Origin: Treponemataceae bacterium
GTDB lineage: Bacteria; Spirochaetota; Spirochaetia; Treponematales; Rectinemataceae
DNA: 64,000 nt
Reading direction: 5' to 3'
Assembly: GCA_963667725.2 (NCBI GenBank)
Contig: CAXXHO010000003.1
Location: 1,344,001 to 1,408,000 of the forward strand
Translations under genes and position numbers: made by a program
Notes under the pieces: model-generated
The model's input: only the letters and a program-made list of their open reading frames with translations
Told to the model about the DNA's origin: nothing
Databases searched by the model: none
Shown: positions 19,856-29,825 of the stretch, piece after piece
Layout of the letters: every line of letters begins with the position of its first letter
How positions within the stretch are numbered: position 1 is the stretch's first letter

Positions 19856-20623
19856 CTATTTTTGAACGATGCGTTCCAGTTCTTCGCGTATTTTTTCTGT
19901 ATCGAAGCCCTGCCTTTTCAGTGTCCGACAGACGCTGTCCCGGAAATTCTCGTTCAGCTCGAGGCCTTTCTTTCGCCATAGGGCCGCCTGGCGGGCGTAC
20001 TCTTTGGCCGTCGCGCGGGCGAGGGCGCGGCTGAAATCGATGTCCTCGAGGGCGGCTCGGATGGCGCCCTCGCCCTGGCCGCGAGAGCGGAGCTCGGCGG
20101 CCAGGAGCGCCGGGCCCGCGGCCCGGCGCTCCGCGCGTCCCCTCGCCCACACGCGCGCGTATCGCTCGTCGTCCAGGATCCTCTCATCCTTCAGGCTCTT
20201 AATCACGGCAGTTACCGTCTTCCTCGAAAAGCCCCTGGACGCAAGCTTCGCGGCGAGTCCGGCGCTCGACTGCTCGGCCCTCGCGCAGAGTTCCAGCGCT
20301 TTCTTCCTGGCCTTCAGCGCCTCATCCGTCGATGCGAGAAATAGGTAGAGATCGTCTTCCTCGCTTAACTCCAGCCTCGTCTGTGGCAGGCTCTCCAGAA
20401 AAGCGCGCCGCCCGGAGCCGCTTGGCGTTCCGGAGCCTTTCCGGAGCCCAGAGCCTTCCAAGAGCCCAGTGCCGCCTTGAGGCTCGGTACCGTCCAGCGC
20501 CATAGCGGCGATCATGCCTGCGAACTCGTCGACTCGGGAGAGCGGCAGGAAAAAAGAAATGCCCCCGGTAACGACAAGAGTCGGATTACCGGAGGCATCG
20601 AAACGTACGGATTCAATCCGCAC
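19856..20623 (-). CDS. recX: regulatory protein RecX
   Basis: L..KL..RGF, LDDERYA, GP.LL.AEL..RG, L.RQGF; lies downstream of rplM-rpsI. Confidence 0.82.
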   Translation of the reverse strand: MRIESVRFDASGNPTLVVTGGISFFLPLSRVDEFAGMIAAMALDGTEPQGGTGLLEGSGLRKGSGTPSGSGRRAFLESLPQTRLELSEEDDLYLFLASTDEALKARKKALELCARAEQSSAGLAAKLASRGFSRKTVTAVIKSLKDERILDDERYARVWARGRAERRAAGPALLAAELRSRGQGEGAIRAALEDIDFSRALARATAKEYARQAALWRKKGLELNENFRDSVCRTLKRQGFDTEKIREELERIVQK

Positions 20624-20638
20624 CGTAGAATATCTCTT

Positions 20639-21031
20639 TTAGCGCTTGGAGAACTGGAACCTTCTGCGGGCTCCTCTCTGGCCGTACTTCTTGCGCTCAA
20701 CCATCCTGGAATCACGCGTCAGGAGACCGTTCGTCCGAAGCGTGGCGTGGTTGGACGGATCCACCTGATCGAGGGCCCTGGCGATTCCATGGGCACAGGC
20801 TCCGGCCTGACCGTTGACTCCGCCGCCGACGACGCTGATCACGATATCGTATTTATTTTCGCTGGCGGTGACGACGAGGGGTTTCCTCGCCGCGGCCAGA
20901 AGCTCGGCTACCTTAAAATACTGGGTTGCATCCATTTCATTGACCGTCAGCTTGCCGGTTCCCTCACGGAGGAAGACGCGGGCGACGGCGCATTTTCTTC
21001 TGCCAGTGCCGATTCCAAGATTCCTAACCAT
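20639..21031 (-). CDS. rpsI: 30S ribosomal protein S9
   Basis: GTGRRK.AVARV, GGG..GQA, LLTRDSRMVERKKYG...QFSKR. Confidence 0.99.
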   Translation of the reverse strand: MVRNLGIGTGRRKCAVARVFLREGTGKLTVNEMDATQYFKVAELLAAARKPLVVTASENKYDIVISVVGGGVNGQAGACAHGIARALDQVDPSNHATLRTNGLLTRDSRMVERKKYGQRGARRRFQFSKR

Positions 21032-21047
21032 TAAAATTCCCCTTCCC

Positions 21048-21476
21048 TTACAGGTCTATGGCAACCGGTGCCTGAGCCACATGCGGATGCTGCGAACCAG
21101 CATAGATCTTCATATTCTTGTAGAGTTTGCGACCTAAGGGCCCCTTGGGAAGCATACCTTTTATAGCCAGCTCAAGCGGCTCGATGGGATTGTTCTCGAT
21201 GAGCTCGCGGAAGGTAAAATCCTTGAGTCCGCCGGGATAACCCGAGTGCCTGTAGTACATCTTATTCTGTCGCTTCCGTCCCGAGATCGCCACTTTCGCG
21301 GCGTTCAAGACTACGACAAAATCCCCAGTCTCCTGACTTGGCGTATAGGTCGGCTTATTCTTGCCGCGGAGCATGTAGGCGACTTTGGCGGCGACACGGC
21401 CGAGGGGCTTGCCCTCTGCGTCGATCACGTACCACTTGCGCTCGGCAGTAGCGGAAGTTACGAAAATGGTCTTCAT
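21048..21476 (-). CDS. rplM: 50S ribosomal protein L13
   Basis: WYVIDA...LGR, GKNKPTYTP, YYRHSGYPGG, GMLPKGPLGR. Confidence 0.99.
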   Translation of the reverse strand: MKTIFVTSATAERKWYVIDAEGKPLGRVAAKVAYMLRGKNKPTYTPSQETGDFVVVLNAAKVAISGRKRQNKMYYRHSGYPGGLKDFTFRELIENNPIEPLELAIKGMLPKGPLGRKLYKNMKIYAGSQHPHVAQAPVAIDL

Positions 21477-21588
21477 CAATGTATACCTTCACCTTATTCG
21501 TGTAATTTTCACAAAATGCGCGTGGCATAATCCCACATTATAGTAAATGTGTCAAGCTCTCTTCATATTCTCGAAGCCCGAAGCGCAA

Positions 21589-21834
21589 TTACTCTTTCTT
21601 GGCTTCGGTTTTTTCCTCGGCCTTCTCTTCTTCCTTTTCTTCTCTTTCAGCCTCTTTCTTGTCCTTTATATCGGCTACTCCTATCAGGATCGCCACCGCG
21701 CCGATCAGCACGGCGATGACAGGAATGGATCCCCTCAAAAAAGCCAGGACGTCACCCCACCAGCCAAGGACGCCGGGCAGACACATGAGCACTGCCATTA
21801 CCACCAGGACGATGCCTACAGCGAGAGCTACCAT
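21589..21834 (-). CDS. small hypothetical membrane protein
   Basis: Two TM helices and a K/E-rich tail; AAGGAG RBS. Confidence 0.8.
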   Translation of the reverse strand: MVALAVGIVLVVMAVLMCLPGVLGWWGDVLAFLRGSIPVIAVLIGAVAILIGVADIKDKKEAEREEKEEEKAEEKTEAKKE

Positions 21835-21970
21835 CTCATTCTCCTTTTAGCCACTTTATGCATTATGTGAAAGAAGGGAATTAAATCGGTTTCATTATAA
21901 CAAACCATGGCGTGCTTTGCAATATTTTTCGGCAGTTGCCATTCCCAGGCGTTGCGGCTATAAAGAGTCC

Positions 21971-23929
21971 ATGATTTCCCCAGGATCTCTCGTGATTTTC
22001 AAAAGCCAGATAGCCCGCGTCGCTTCCTGCGCTGACGGCAAGATATCGCTCGATCTGGAATCCGGCGAGGCGAAAAAAGTCCGCGAAAAAGACGTCTCCC
22101 TTCTCCATGGCGCGCTATCGAACCGCATTCCGCCTCCCTTGGAGGGCGGCGATTTCGAGACCGCCCACGCTATGCTCGCGACCGATCATGAAGGCAGAGA
22201 CCCCATCAAGACTACCTGGAAGGAGCTGGCCGAACTGGTGTTCGGGGAATTCAGCCCGGCCGCCGCCGCCGCCTGCGCGCGCTATGCGGCTTCCGGCTCG
22301 CTCTTCAGGATCGGTGAAGATGGTCCCTACGCCCTCAGCTTCGAGGAACTGGATCACGCGCGCCGGAAAAACGAGGAAAAGCTTCAGGAGAGCGGTCGCA
22401 GGGCGTCTTTCGTAGCGGCGCTGCGCGCCGCGATCCGCCAAAAAGGCGACGCCGGCAGTCCATCGCCCCTGAAAACGACGCAGGAATTTTCCCGCTATAT
22501 TGCCGATCTCGAATCCTTCGCCCTGGGCGCCGGGGAGCGCTGCCCCATCGGCGCCGAAGCCGGCATCGTCGAATCGCGCGAGGCTGTCCACCAAGCCCTC
22601 ATCGATTCTGGCCTCTGGGAACCTTCCTTCAATCCCTGGCCGGCGCGCGCGGGCTGCGTCCTTTGGCCTCCCCGCCTGAGTTTCCCCGAGCATGAATTGC
22701 CCGCATTCTCGACCGGCAGGAAGGATCTTCGCCATCTCGCTTCCTTCGCCATCGACAACGCGTGGTCCACCGATCCCGACGATGCCATCGCCTTCGACGG
22801 CGAATTCGTATGGATACATATCGCCGACCCGGCCGCCTTCATCTCCCCCGACTCGGCGCTGGACGCCGAAGCCCTTTCCCGCGGCGCCACGCTCTATCTC
22901 CCGGAAAAGATCATACCCATGCTTCCGAAAGAAACCGTCGGCCGCCTGGGTCTCGGCATAGAAGAAACCTCCCCTTCCCTTTCCTTCGCCGTCCGCCTCG
23001 CCGATGACGGAACTCCCGCGGAAACAATCATCACGCCCGGCACCGTCAGCGTAACGCGCCTCAGCTATGAGGAAGCCGACAGAATGCTGGCCAAAGGGAA
23101 CAAGGACCTGGCGAACCTCGATTCGGTGGCCAGATTACGCCACGCCCGCCGTCTCGCCAACGGAGCCGTCGATATAGACATGCCCGAAGTCTCCATGAAG
23201 GCGGAAAACGGCGAAGTGCGCTTTCTCTCCGTGCCATCCACGCGCTCCTCTGAAATCGTGCGCGAAATGATGCTGCTTGCCGGCGAAGCCGTGGCGCGCT
23301 GGGCTTACGAACGCAGGATTCCCTTCACTTATTCCAGCCAGGAAGCGCCTCAACTCCCTAAGAGCCTTGCCCGATCCGACGAGGAATCCAAAATCCTCTC
23401 CGTTCAATATCAGCGCCGAAAAGGCATGAAGGCCAGCATCGTCGGCACCGAGTGCCTCGCCCATCAGGGGCTCGGCCTCTCCTTCTATTCCCAGGTGACG
23501 AGCCCGCTGAGACGCTATCAGGACCTTCTGGCTCATTACCAGATTCGGGCCTGGCTGGCCAAGGAAGATTCGGGCTCGGGCTCGGCCTCGGGAGCCGCGG
23601 AAGCCTCGGGAGCCTCAGCGGCCCTGCTCTCTGCCGACGAAGTGTCCAGGCGATGCATTCTGGGCGGGCAAGGATCCTCATCGACGAGGCAGGCCGAACG
23701 CGATTCGCGTCTCCACTGGATTGCCTATTTCCTCTCCAGAAACCCGGAATGGAAGGGCGAAGCCAGAGTCCTCGATCTGCGGGATCAGGATGCGTGGGTC
23801 ATCATCCCGGAGCTGGGCATGGAAACGTCGCTGCGCACCAGAAAAACGCTAGCCCTCGACGATACGCTCACCGTCAAGGCTGCGCGGGTTTCCATCGCGT
23901 TGCACGACATCACTTTTGAAGCCATCTGA
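21971..23929 (+). CDS. RNB-domain exoribonuclease (RNase II/R family)
   Basis: AIDN..STDPDDA, HIAD, RGATLYLP, H.GLG...YSQVTSPLRRYQDL. Confidence 0.92.
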   Translation: MISPGSLVIFKSQIARVASCADGKISLDLESGEAKKVREKDVSLLHGALSNRIPPPLEGGDFETAHAMLATDHEGRDPIKTTWKELAELVFGEFSPAAAAACARYAASGSLFRIGEDGPYALSFEELDHARRKNEEKLQESGRRASFVAALRAAIRQKGDAGSPSPLKTTQEFSRYIADLESFALGAGERCPIGAEAGIVESREAVHQALIDSGLWEPSFNPWPARAGCVLWPPRLSFPEHELPAFSTGRKDLRHLASFAIDNAWSTDPDDAIAFDGEFVWIHIADPAAFISPDSALDAEALSRGATLYLPEKIIPMLPKETVGRLGLGIEETSPSLSFAVRLADDGTPAETIITPGTVSVTRLSYEEADRMLAKGNKDLANLDSVARLRHARRLANGAVDIDMPEVSMKAENGEVRFLSVPSTRSSEIVREMMLLAGEAVARWAYERRIPFTYSSQEAPQLPKSLARSDEESKILSVQYQRRKGMKASIVGTECLAHQGLGLSFYSQVTSPLRRYQDLLAHYQIRAWLAKEDSGSGSASGAAEASGASAALLSADEVSRRCILGGQGSSSTRQAERDSRLHWIAYFLSRNPEWKGEARVLDLRDQDAWVIIPELGMETSLRTRKTLALDDTLTVKAARVSIALHDITFEAI

Positions 23930-24028
23930 GCTTCTGGCGTTCTTTTATCCGTGAGATAGAAATCCGAGCCTTCTTACGGGCTCCGATTGACCTTTTCGCT
24001 TTGTCCACCTATGCTTGATAGAGCAAAA

Positions 24029-26305
24029 ATGGACAATAATGAATTCAAACTTTCGGCAATCCTCTCGATAGATATCCCGGATCTCTCCTTTTCCGGTGAT
24101 GGCGAGGAGGAAGTCGATCAGGTCGAACTCTGCCACCGCCTCATCCAGGCATCCACCCTTTCCCACGGCGGTTCCCTGATAAAAGCGATCGGCGATTCTT
24201 TCATGATAACCTTCAGCAATTGCCAGGATGCCGTAAAATGCGCGATGGAGATCGCGGATAAGCTTGGCGGCCTTCCAGCGGCCAATGCGAAGGCCTCCTC
24301 GCCGGAAAAGGCGTCGAGACTTCATGCCCGCATGGGCATCCATCTCGGCGATATCCGCTTCTTCGAGAAAAACGTCTTTGGCGATGCCGTGGATATTGCC
24401 TCGGCACTCCAGGTAGCGGCCAAGCCCGGTACTATCTGCGTGTCAGGCGAAGTTCTCTCCCTCATACGCGAAAAAATCCCGCTGAACGCCACCCTTATCT
24501 CCGGGCAAAGGCGCAAGACCATCCCCGGAAGCATTCAGGCCTACGAGATTTCGACGCCCGCCGCTTCGCCATCCGCCTCGTCCGGATCCGGTCCCTCCCT
24601 CGAGGACATCCGAAAAGCCATCCTGGAGGAGACACGACTTCGCGGAAGACGCCTCACCGTGGATGAGGCTCTGGAAAAATTCGGCTGGTACGGCATCGAA
24701 GCCACCGAGGTGATAGCCTCGCTGGCCGACGCTGGCATACTCGTCGGGAAAAAAGCCACGCGAAGCGAGGCTTCCGGCGCCCCCCCGCGGAGCGAAGCTC
24801 CCGGCTATTCTTCCGCCGCTTCAGCGGGCGATCTAGGCAAGAGCATCGAATCCGCCATCCATTCCATAGTGACGGAGATCGAGAGAGCCGTCGAAAGCAA
24901 CGTAAAGATCAATTCTTCGTCCTATGGCGGCAAATCCTCGGGTTCGGGCATCCATATCCGCCTCGACAAGGACAGTTTCAAGGAAAGCGCCCGGAGCTTC
25001 AAGGAAGTAGGCCGGGAGATCAAGCGGCAGGTCAGGGAGAGCCGGTACCAGGAACATCATGGGGGCTATTCTTCAGAGTACTATGCCGAGAGGCAGGAAG
25101 AGCGCGGAAAAAGACGCGACGGTCGTCGCTCCAGCCGCTCGACATCCTCAGGCGATACCGTGCCGTCCACGACCTCCTTTGGCGCCTACAGGTCAGAACT
25201 TAGCGCCAAGGCCGGCAAACTCAGAAAGGGTCTCATCGGCGACTTCATTGGCACCATAATCGCCAACGCTGGTCTCTGGTACGTCAACCTGAATTTCTCC
25301 CAGGGAGTCCTTTGGGCGCCCATCGTGAGCATCTTCACGGGATTCGGCCTCGTCGACTCCATCCTTCAGGCCATAAGGACCTCGCGCCACGCCAGCGAGA
25401 CCGAAGCCCTGCCGGAACTCGACGACGAAGAGACGAAAGAACTCAAGAAAATGCACAAGGAAGGGAACTCGATCGGCAAGCATTTCATCAGCGCCCTTTC
25501 CATTCCCGCGGCCCTCTACTACATCAATATGACCTTCGACAAGGGCAATTCCTGGTTCCTCATCCCCGCTGCCATAATGGTCGCGACCTTCTTCATCCAC
25601 TTCATGACCTACATCACGACAGCTCCTTCCCGCCGCCGGAAATTTTTCGACAAACTGGGCGTTAAGGGCAATAGAAAAGGCCTTAAGGAAGCCAAGAAAC
25701 AGCGAGAAACGACGACGACTGAGCTGGGCGCCTACGCGGGCATCTACCGCGATGCCCAGGATTACGCGAAGGACATCGAAAGTTCGCTCGCGTCCTCCGA
25801 TCCTTCCTCGGCGGCCGAGCTGAAACCCCAAATGGACGGCTACCTCAAGCAGGTCCTCCTCCTGGCGAAGACGGCCAACGAGCTCGACTCCATCATCGGC
25901 GAAATTCCCATGGAAGCGCTTGAGAAGGACAAAGCCACGCTCAAAGCCAAGCTGGGGAAGGCCGCGGAGGGAATGAGGTCAGAATACGAAGGCAGCATAA
26001 AGGAAATCGAAAAACAGGAAGAGTCCTTCAAAGCCCTCGCCGAGCAGAGCGAAGTGATCGACCTCCGCCTGCGATCCTCGGTCAGTCAGCTCCAGCAGCT
26101 CAAGATGGATCTGGCCAGGGCCAGGGCGGCGGACGCAGAAACCGATACGGGAAGAACCGAATCGGCCCTCTCCTCGATCCGCGCCCGTTCGGAGGAACTA
26201 TCCCATTATATCGACGATCTCAAGCAGGGCAATCTCGAAGCCCTCGCCGATCCCTTCCTGGAGCTGGAAAAGAAGTACGGCCAGTCTCCTGGTACCCCCG
26301 ACTGA
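24029..26305 (+). CDS. class III nucleotide-cyclase-like domain, wHTH-like segment, two 2TM repeats and C-terminal coiled coil
   Basis: ILSIDI, IKAIGDSFM, RMGIHLGD, VFGDAV; two repeated (W/Y)Y(V/I)N...W..P helical hairpins. Confidence 0.82.
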   Translation: MDNNEFKLSAILSIDIPDLSFSGDGEEEVDQVELCHRLIQASTLSHGGSLIKAIGDSFMITFSNCQDAVKCAMEIADKLGGLPAANAKASSPEKASRLHARMGIHLGDIRFFEKNVFGDAVDIASALQVAAKPGTICVSGEVLSLIREKIPLNATLISGQRRKTIPGSIQAYEISTPAASPSASSGSGPSLEDIRKAILEETRLRGRRLTVDEALEKFGWYGIEATEVIASLADAGILVGKKATRSEASGAPPRSEAPGYSSAASAGDLGKSIESAIHSIVTEIERAVESNVKINSSSYGGKSSGSGIHIRLDKDSFKESARSFKEVGREIKRQVRESRYQEHHGGYSSEYYAERQEERGKRRDGRRSSRSTSSGDTVPSTTSFGAYRSELSAKAGKLRKGLIGDFIGTIIANAGLWYVNLNFSQGVLWAPIVSIFTGFGLVDSILQAIRTSRHASETEALPELDDEETKELKKMHKEGNSIGKHFISALSIPAALYYINMTFDKGNSWFLIPAAIMVATFFIHFMTYITTAPSRRRKFFDKLGVKGNRKGLKEAKKQRETTTTELGAYAGIYRDAQDYAKDIESSLASSDPSSAAELKPQMDGYLKQVLLLAKTANELDSIIGEIPMEALEKDKATLKAKLGKAAEGMRSEYEGSIKEIEKQEESFKALAEQSEVIDLRLRSSVSQLQQLKMDLARARAADAETDTGRTESALSSIRARSEELSHYIDDLKQGNLEALADPFLELEKKYGQSPGTPD

Positions 26306-26308
26306 AGC

Positions 26309-27223
26309 TTACCGTCCGATCATAGCCCAGATCTTACCCATGGCCTTATCCGTGCTGGAATTGTCGATATAGTTGCCGGGCAGCCTGAAAAGATCGAGGC
26401 TCGAGGCCGGGACGAAGCGGTTGTCCGAAGTTCTTATAGCCTTATAGCCGGCGCTTATGGCGATTTCCACGATATCTTTCCTGCCGGCTCCCGATCCGAA
26501 GGGAAGCGCGAGATACTGAGCCGGTTCCCCTGTATTGCTCTCTATCGCGGCCCTGGATTCTGTCAATTCCTTTATGAGCGTGCTTTGATCCACATCCCCA
26601 AGGAATTTATGGCTGACACCATGCGATCCGATGGTGAAAAGCCTGTTGCCTGAAGAATCCCTGTACTGGGCCATTTCCCGTATCTGGGACCAGTTCATAT
26701 AGCCAATCTCCCCGACAAAGCCGGAGATGACGAAAAAAGTCGCCTCAATCCCGTATTCCTTCAGCAGCGGGTATGCGATGGCGTACATGGAAAGATCGCC
26801 ATCGTCGAAGGTGACGAGGGCCGCGTCAGTCGTCAGCCGCATACTGCCTTCCCTTATGGCAAGCAGATCATCGAAACCGATAATCTTGAAGCGTTTTCTC
26901 AGGAAAGCCAGGTCGTGTTCAAAATTGTAAATGTCCCTGTTGTATTCATTGCCCGTCCTTCCGAACACGAGATTATGGTACATGAGTATGACGATCTTGG
27001 GATCTTTTCTCTCCGGCACTTCTTGGCCAAGCAGCTCTTCGGCGCTGACGGTCATCGCTTGCCGTCCCGAAGCGGCCCCTTCTTCCTTCCAATAACGGAT
27101 GCTGTTTCCCTGGCTATTCTCCTGGCTGTCATTCGTGACTGGAGCTGTGGCGCAGGAAATAACCAGGGCGAGGAAAAAGGTAAAAGCAAGAGATGCTATG
27201 GAAACCTTCGCGTAGCGTGACAT
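26309..27223 (-). CDS. polysaccharide deacetylase family lipoprotein
   Basis: LVISC lipobox; ILMYH, VTFDDG, ATFFV, GSHGVSH, LPFG. Confidence 0.88.
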   Translation of the reverse strand: MSRYAKVSIASLAFTFFLALVISCATAPVTNDSQENSQGNSIRYWKEEGAASGRQAMTVSAEELLGQEVPERKDPKIVILMYHNLVFGRTGNEYNRDIYNFEHDLAFLRKRFKIIGFDDLLAIREGSMRLTTDAALVTFDDGDLSMYAIAYPLLKEYGIEATFFVISGFVGEIGYMNWSQIREMAQYRDSSGNRLFTIGSHGVSHKFLGDVDQSTLIKELTESRAAIESNTGEPAQYLALPFGSGAGRKDIVEIAISAGYKAIRTSDNRFVPASSLDLFRLPGNYIDNSSTDKAMGKIWAMIGR

Positions 27224-27294
27224 GGATACTCCTGCATTTTAAATTATCGTGTCGCGAGTATACCATTCTCCACTGAAAGCACTCAACAACGAAA

Positions 27295-29136
27295 TCAGCT
27301 GGTCGCCTTAAGCTCGCGGCGGGTGGTTTTACGTTCCATGGAGCTGAGAATCGCCTTGCGGAGGCGGATGGATTTGGGCGTTACCTCGACCATGTCGTCT
27401 TCATGAAGAAGGAGGATGGCGCGTTCCAGCGTCATAGGCTGAATAGGCGTCAGCGTCAGCGCCTCATCCTTTAAGACCGAACGCATGTTGGAGAGTTTTT
27501 TCTCCTTCGCGGGATTCACTTCGAGGTCAGAGTCGAGATTATGTTCGCCGATGATCATTCCTTCATATACGGGATCTCCGGGAACGACGAAAAGGTGCCC
27601 GCGGGGCTCGAGGTGGTACAGACCGTAGGTGACGGCTTTCCCGCTGCGGTCGGACACGAGGAATCCGGTAAAATGGTCGTTGAAGTCGCCTCGGTATTCC
27701 TCATAGCCGGAAAAGTAGGTATTCATGATACCGGTGCCTTTGGTGTCGGTGAGGAAGGTGTCACGGTAGCCGATAAGCGAACGGGAAGGCACGGAAAATT
27801 CTATATGAATGCGGGCCCCATCGTGGCAGGTATAGGAGAGCATGCGGCCTTTGTGGGCGGAAATTTTGTCGGTCACGGTACCAGCGAAAAGTTCGTTGCA
27901 GTCCACAAAGAGGTGTTCAATGGGCTCTAGCCTGCGGCCGTCCTTGTACTTAAAAATGACTTCGGGCCGTCCGACACAGATTTCGAAATCCTCCCTTCGC
28001 AGCTGTTCGATGAGGATGACGAGCTGGAATTCCCCCCTGCCCCGCACGATGTACCCGCCTCCGCCCTTCACCTCAGCCACCTGGATGGATACATTTTTGA
28101 GCGTTTCCTTCCTGAGGCGCTCAAAGAGCTTCATCGACTGTATTTTTTTCCCGTCGAGGCCGGAAAGCGGCGAGGTGTTCACGGTAAAAAGCATGGAAAC
28201 CGTCGGTTCGTCGATGACGATGCGCGGCAATGCCTTGGGGTATTCGCTCGTACAGATGGTATCGCCGATATGGACGTTTTCGATGCCCGACAGAACGAAT
28301 ATATCGCCTGTCTCGGCGCTCTCGGCCTCCACAAGCTTGATGCCCGAGTAGGTGTGCAGCTTGGAAATGTTCAGCGCTTCGCGGACATCGCCTTCCCCTA
28401 TGCACACAAGGCTGTCCTTGGAATGCGCCCGACCGTTTATCACCTTGCCTATAGCCTGGCGCCCGAAATAGTCGGAATACGAAAGGTCGGAAACAAGCAT
28501 CTGGAAAGGCTCGCCGCTCGTGTACGAGGGCGGATTTATCTCTTCCAGGATGGCATTGAATAGCGGTGTCAGGTTTTCGCCCGCTTCCTCGAGCGTTTTC
28601 TGCGCGATTCCCTTTTTACCGATCGCGTAAAGCAGCGGGAACTCAAGCTGCTCCTCGTTCGCTCCCAGGTCTATGAAAAGGTCGTATATCTCGCTCAATA
28701 CTTCGGCGGGACGGGCGTCCGGCCTATCTATCTTGTTGATGACAACGACGATGGACAGCTTCAGTTCCAGCGCTTTCTTGAGGACGAAACGAGTTTGAGG
28801 TAGGGGTCCTTCGGAGGCGTCGACAAGGAGAATGGCCCCATCCACCATGGAAAGCGCGCGCTCCACTTCTCCGCCGAAATCGGCATGGCCTGGGGTGTCC
28901 AGGATGTTTATCTTGATCCCTTTCCATAAAACGGAACAGTTTTTCGCGGTGATGGTGATCCCGCGTTCGCGCTCGAGATCCATGCTGTCCATGAGGCGTT
29001 CCGTCTCCTCCTGGCCCGCGCGGAAAAACCCCGACTGCCTGAACATGGCATCGACGAGGGTGGTTTTCCCATGGTCTACATGGGCGATAATGGCGATATT
29101 GCGTATTCCGGGATTGGATTCGTCTTTATTGGGCAA
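27295..29136 (-). CDS. typA: translational GTPase TypA/BipA
   Basis: RNIAIIAHVDHGKTT, ERGITI, DTPGHADFGGEVER, NKID, VEVTPKSIRLRK; TTG start chosen from AGGA RBS. Confidence 0.95.
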   Translation of the reverse strand: MPNKDESNPGIRNIAIIAHVDHGKTTLVDAMFRQSGFFRAGQEETERLMDSMDLERERGITITAKNCSVLWKGIKINILDTPGHADFGGEVERALSMVDGAILLVDASEGPLPQTRFVLKKALELKLSIVVVINKIDRPDARPAEVLSEIYDLFIDLGANEEQLEFPLLYAIGKKGIAQKTLEEAGENLTPLFNAILEEINPPSYTSGEPFQMLVSDLSYSDYFGRQAIGKVINGRAHSKDSLVCIGEGDVREALNISKLHTYSGIKLVEAESAETGDIFVLSGIENVHIGDTICTSEYPKALPRIVIDEPTVSMLFTVNTSPLSGLDGKKIQSMKLFERLRKETLKNVSIQVAEVKGGGGYIVRGRGEFQLVILIEQLRREDFEICVGRPEVIFKYKDGRRLEPIEHLFVDCNELFAGTVTDKISAHKGRMLSYTCHDGARIHIEFSVPSRSLIGYRDTFLTDTKGTGIMNTYFSGYEEYRGDFNDHFTGFLVSDRSGKAVTYGLYHLEPRGHLFVVPGDPVYEGMIIGEHNLDSDLEVNPAKEKKLSNMRSVLKDEALTLTPIQPMTLERAILLLHEDDMVEVTPKSIRLRKAILSSMERKTTRRELKATS

Positions 29137-29235
29137 TGTAATTCCTGATTTCGTTCGCAGCGACGTGGGATGAAGCCAGTATAGCCGATAAGGGGATTCT
29201 ACGAATAGCATGCAATCTATGCTACACTCGCCGTC

Positions 29236-29664
29236 ATGATTTACGTAGCATCCATCATTCTGATCGTCGTTTCAAACATATTCTACAACATCACGCAGAA
29301 GTCAACGCCGAACGGCGCGAACCCCTTCGCGGCACTCCTTGTCACCTACCTTACGGCGGCTATCGTGACCGCTGCGGCGCTGATCATCTCCCAGAGACGC
29401 GAAGTACGAGGATTTTCCGAGAGTTTCCGCGGCGTCAATTGGACAAGCATAGTGCTCGGAATCGCGATCATCGGTCTCGAACTGGGATTCCTGCTGGCGT
29501 TTCGCGCCGGATGGGATATAAGCAGGGCTTCGCTGATCGCGAACATACTTCTCGCGATAATCCTGATACCGGTGGGGATTTTTATCTACAAGGAATCCTT
29601 TAGCCTGCAGAAAGCGGTCGGGGTAGCTCTTTGCATCGCGGGACTTTTCGTCATGAATCGATAA
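29236..29664 (+). CDS. small EamA/DMT-like membrane protein
   Basis: Five hydrophobic segments; YN..QK.TP...NPF, LELGF..A.RAGW. Confidence 0.8.
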   Translation: MIYVASIILIVVSNIFYNITQKSTPNGANPFAALLVTYLTAAIVTAAALIISQRREVRGFSESFRGVNWTSIVLGIAIIGLELGFLLAFRAGWDISRASLIANILLAIILIPVGIFIYKESFSLQKAVGVALCIAGLFVMNR

Positions 29665-29682
29665 AAGACCAGCCAACCCAAT

Positions 29683-29716
29683 AAAAATCCCCGGGAACCT
29701 TCCGATCCCCGGGGAT
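29683..29716. terminator. hairpin between convergent genes at the left edge of the island
   Basis: AAAA-ATCCCCGGG...CCCGGGGAT. Confidence 0.6.
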
Positions 29717-29825
29717 ACAACAATTTTTAAGATAATGCCGCTTGGCTATTTTATGAGCTTGCCTTCATTTACCGCATTCTTACCCACTTCAATACCGAAG
29801 ACGAGGGGCAATATCTTTCTACACC

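Noticed and set aside
29665..29825. Search for an attL/attR copy of the tRNA-Arg 3' end or an integrase remnant
   Set aside because: No convincing direct repeat or recombinase fragment found by eye
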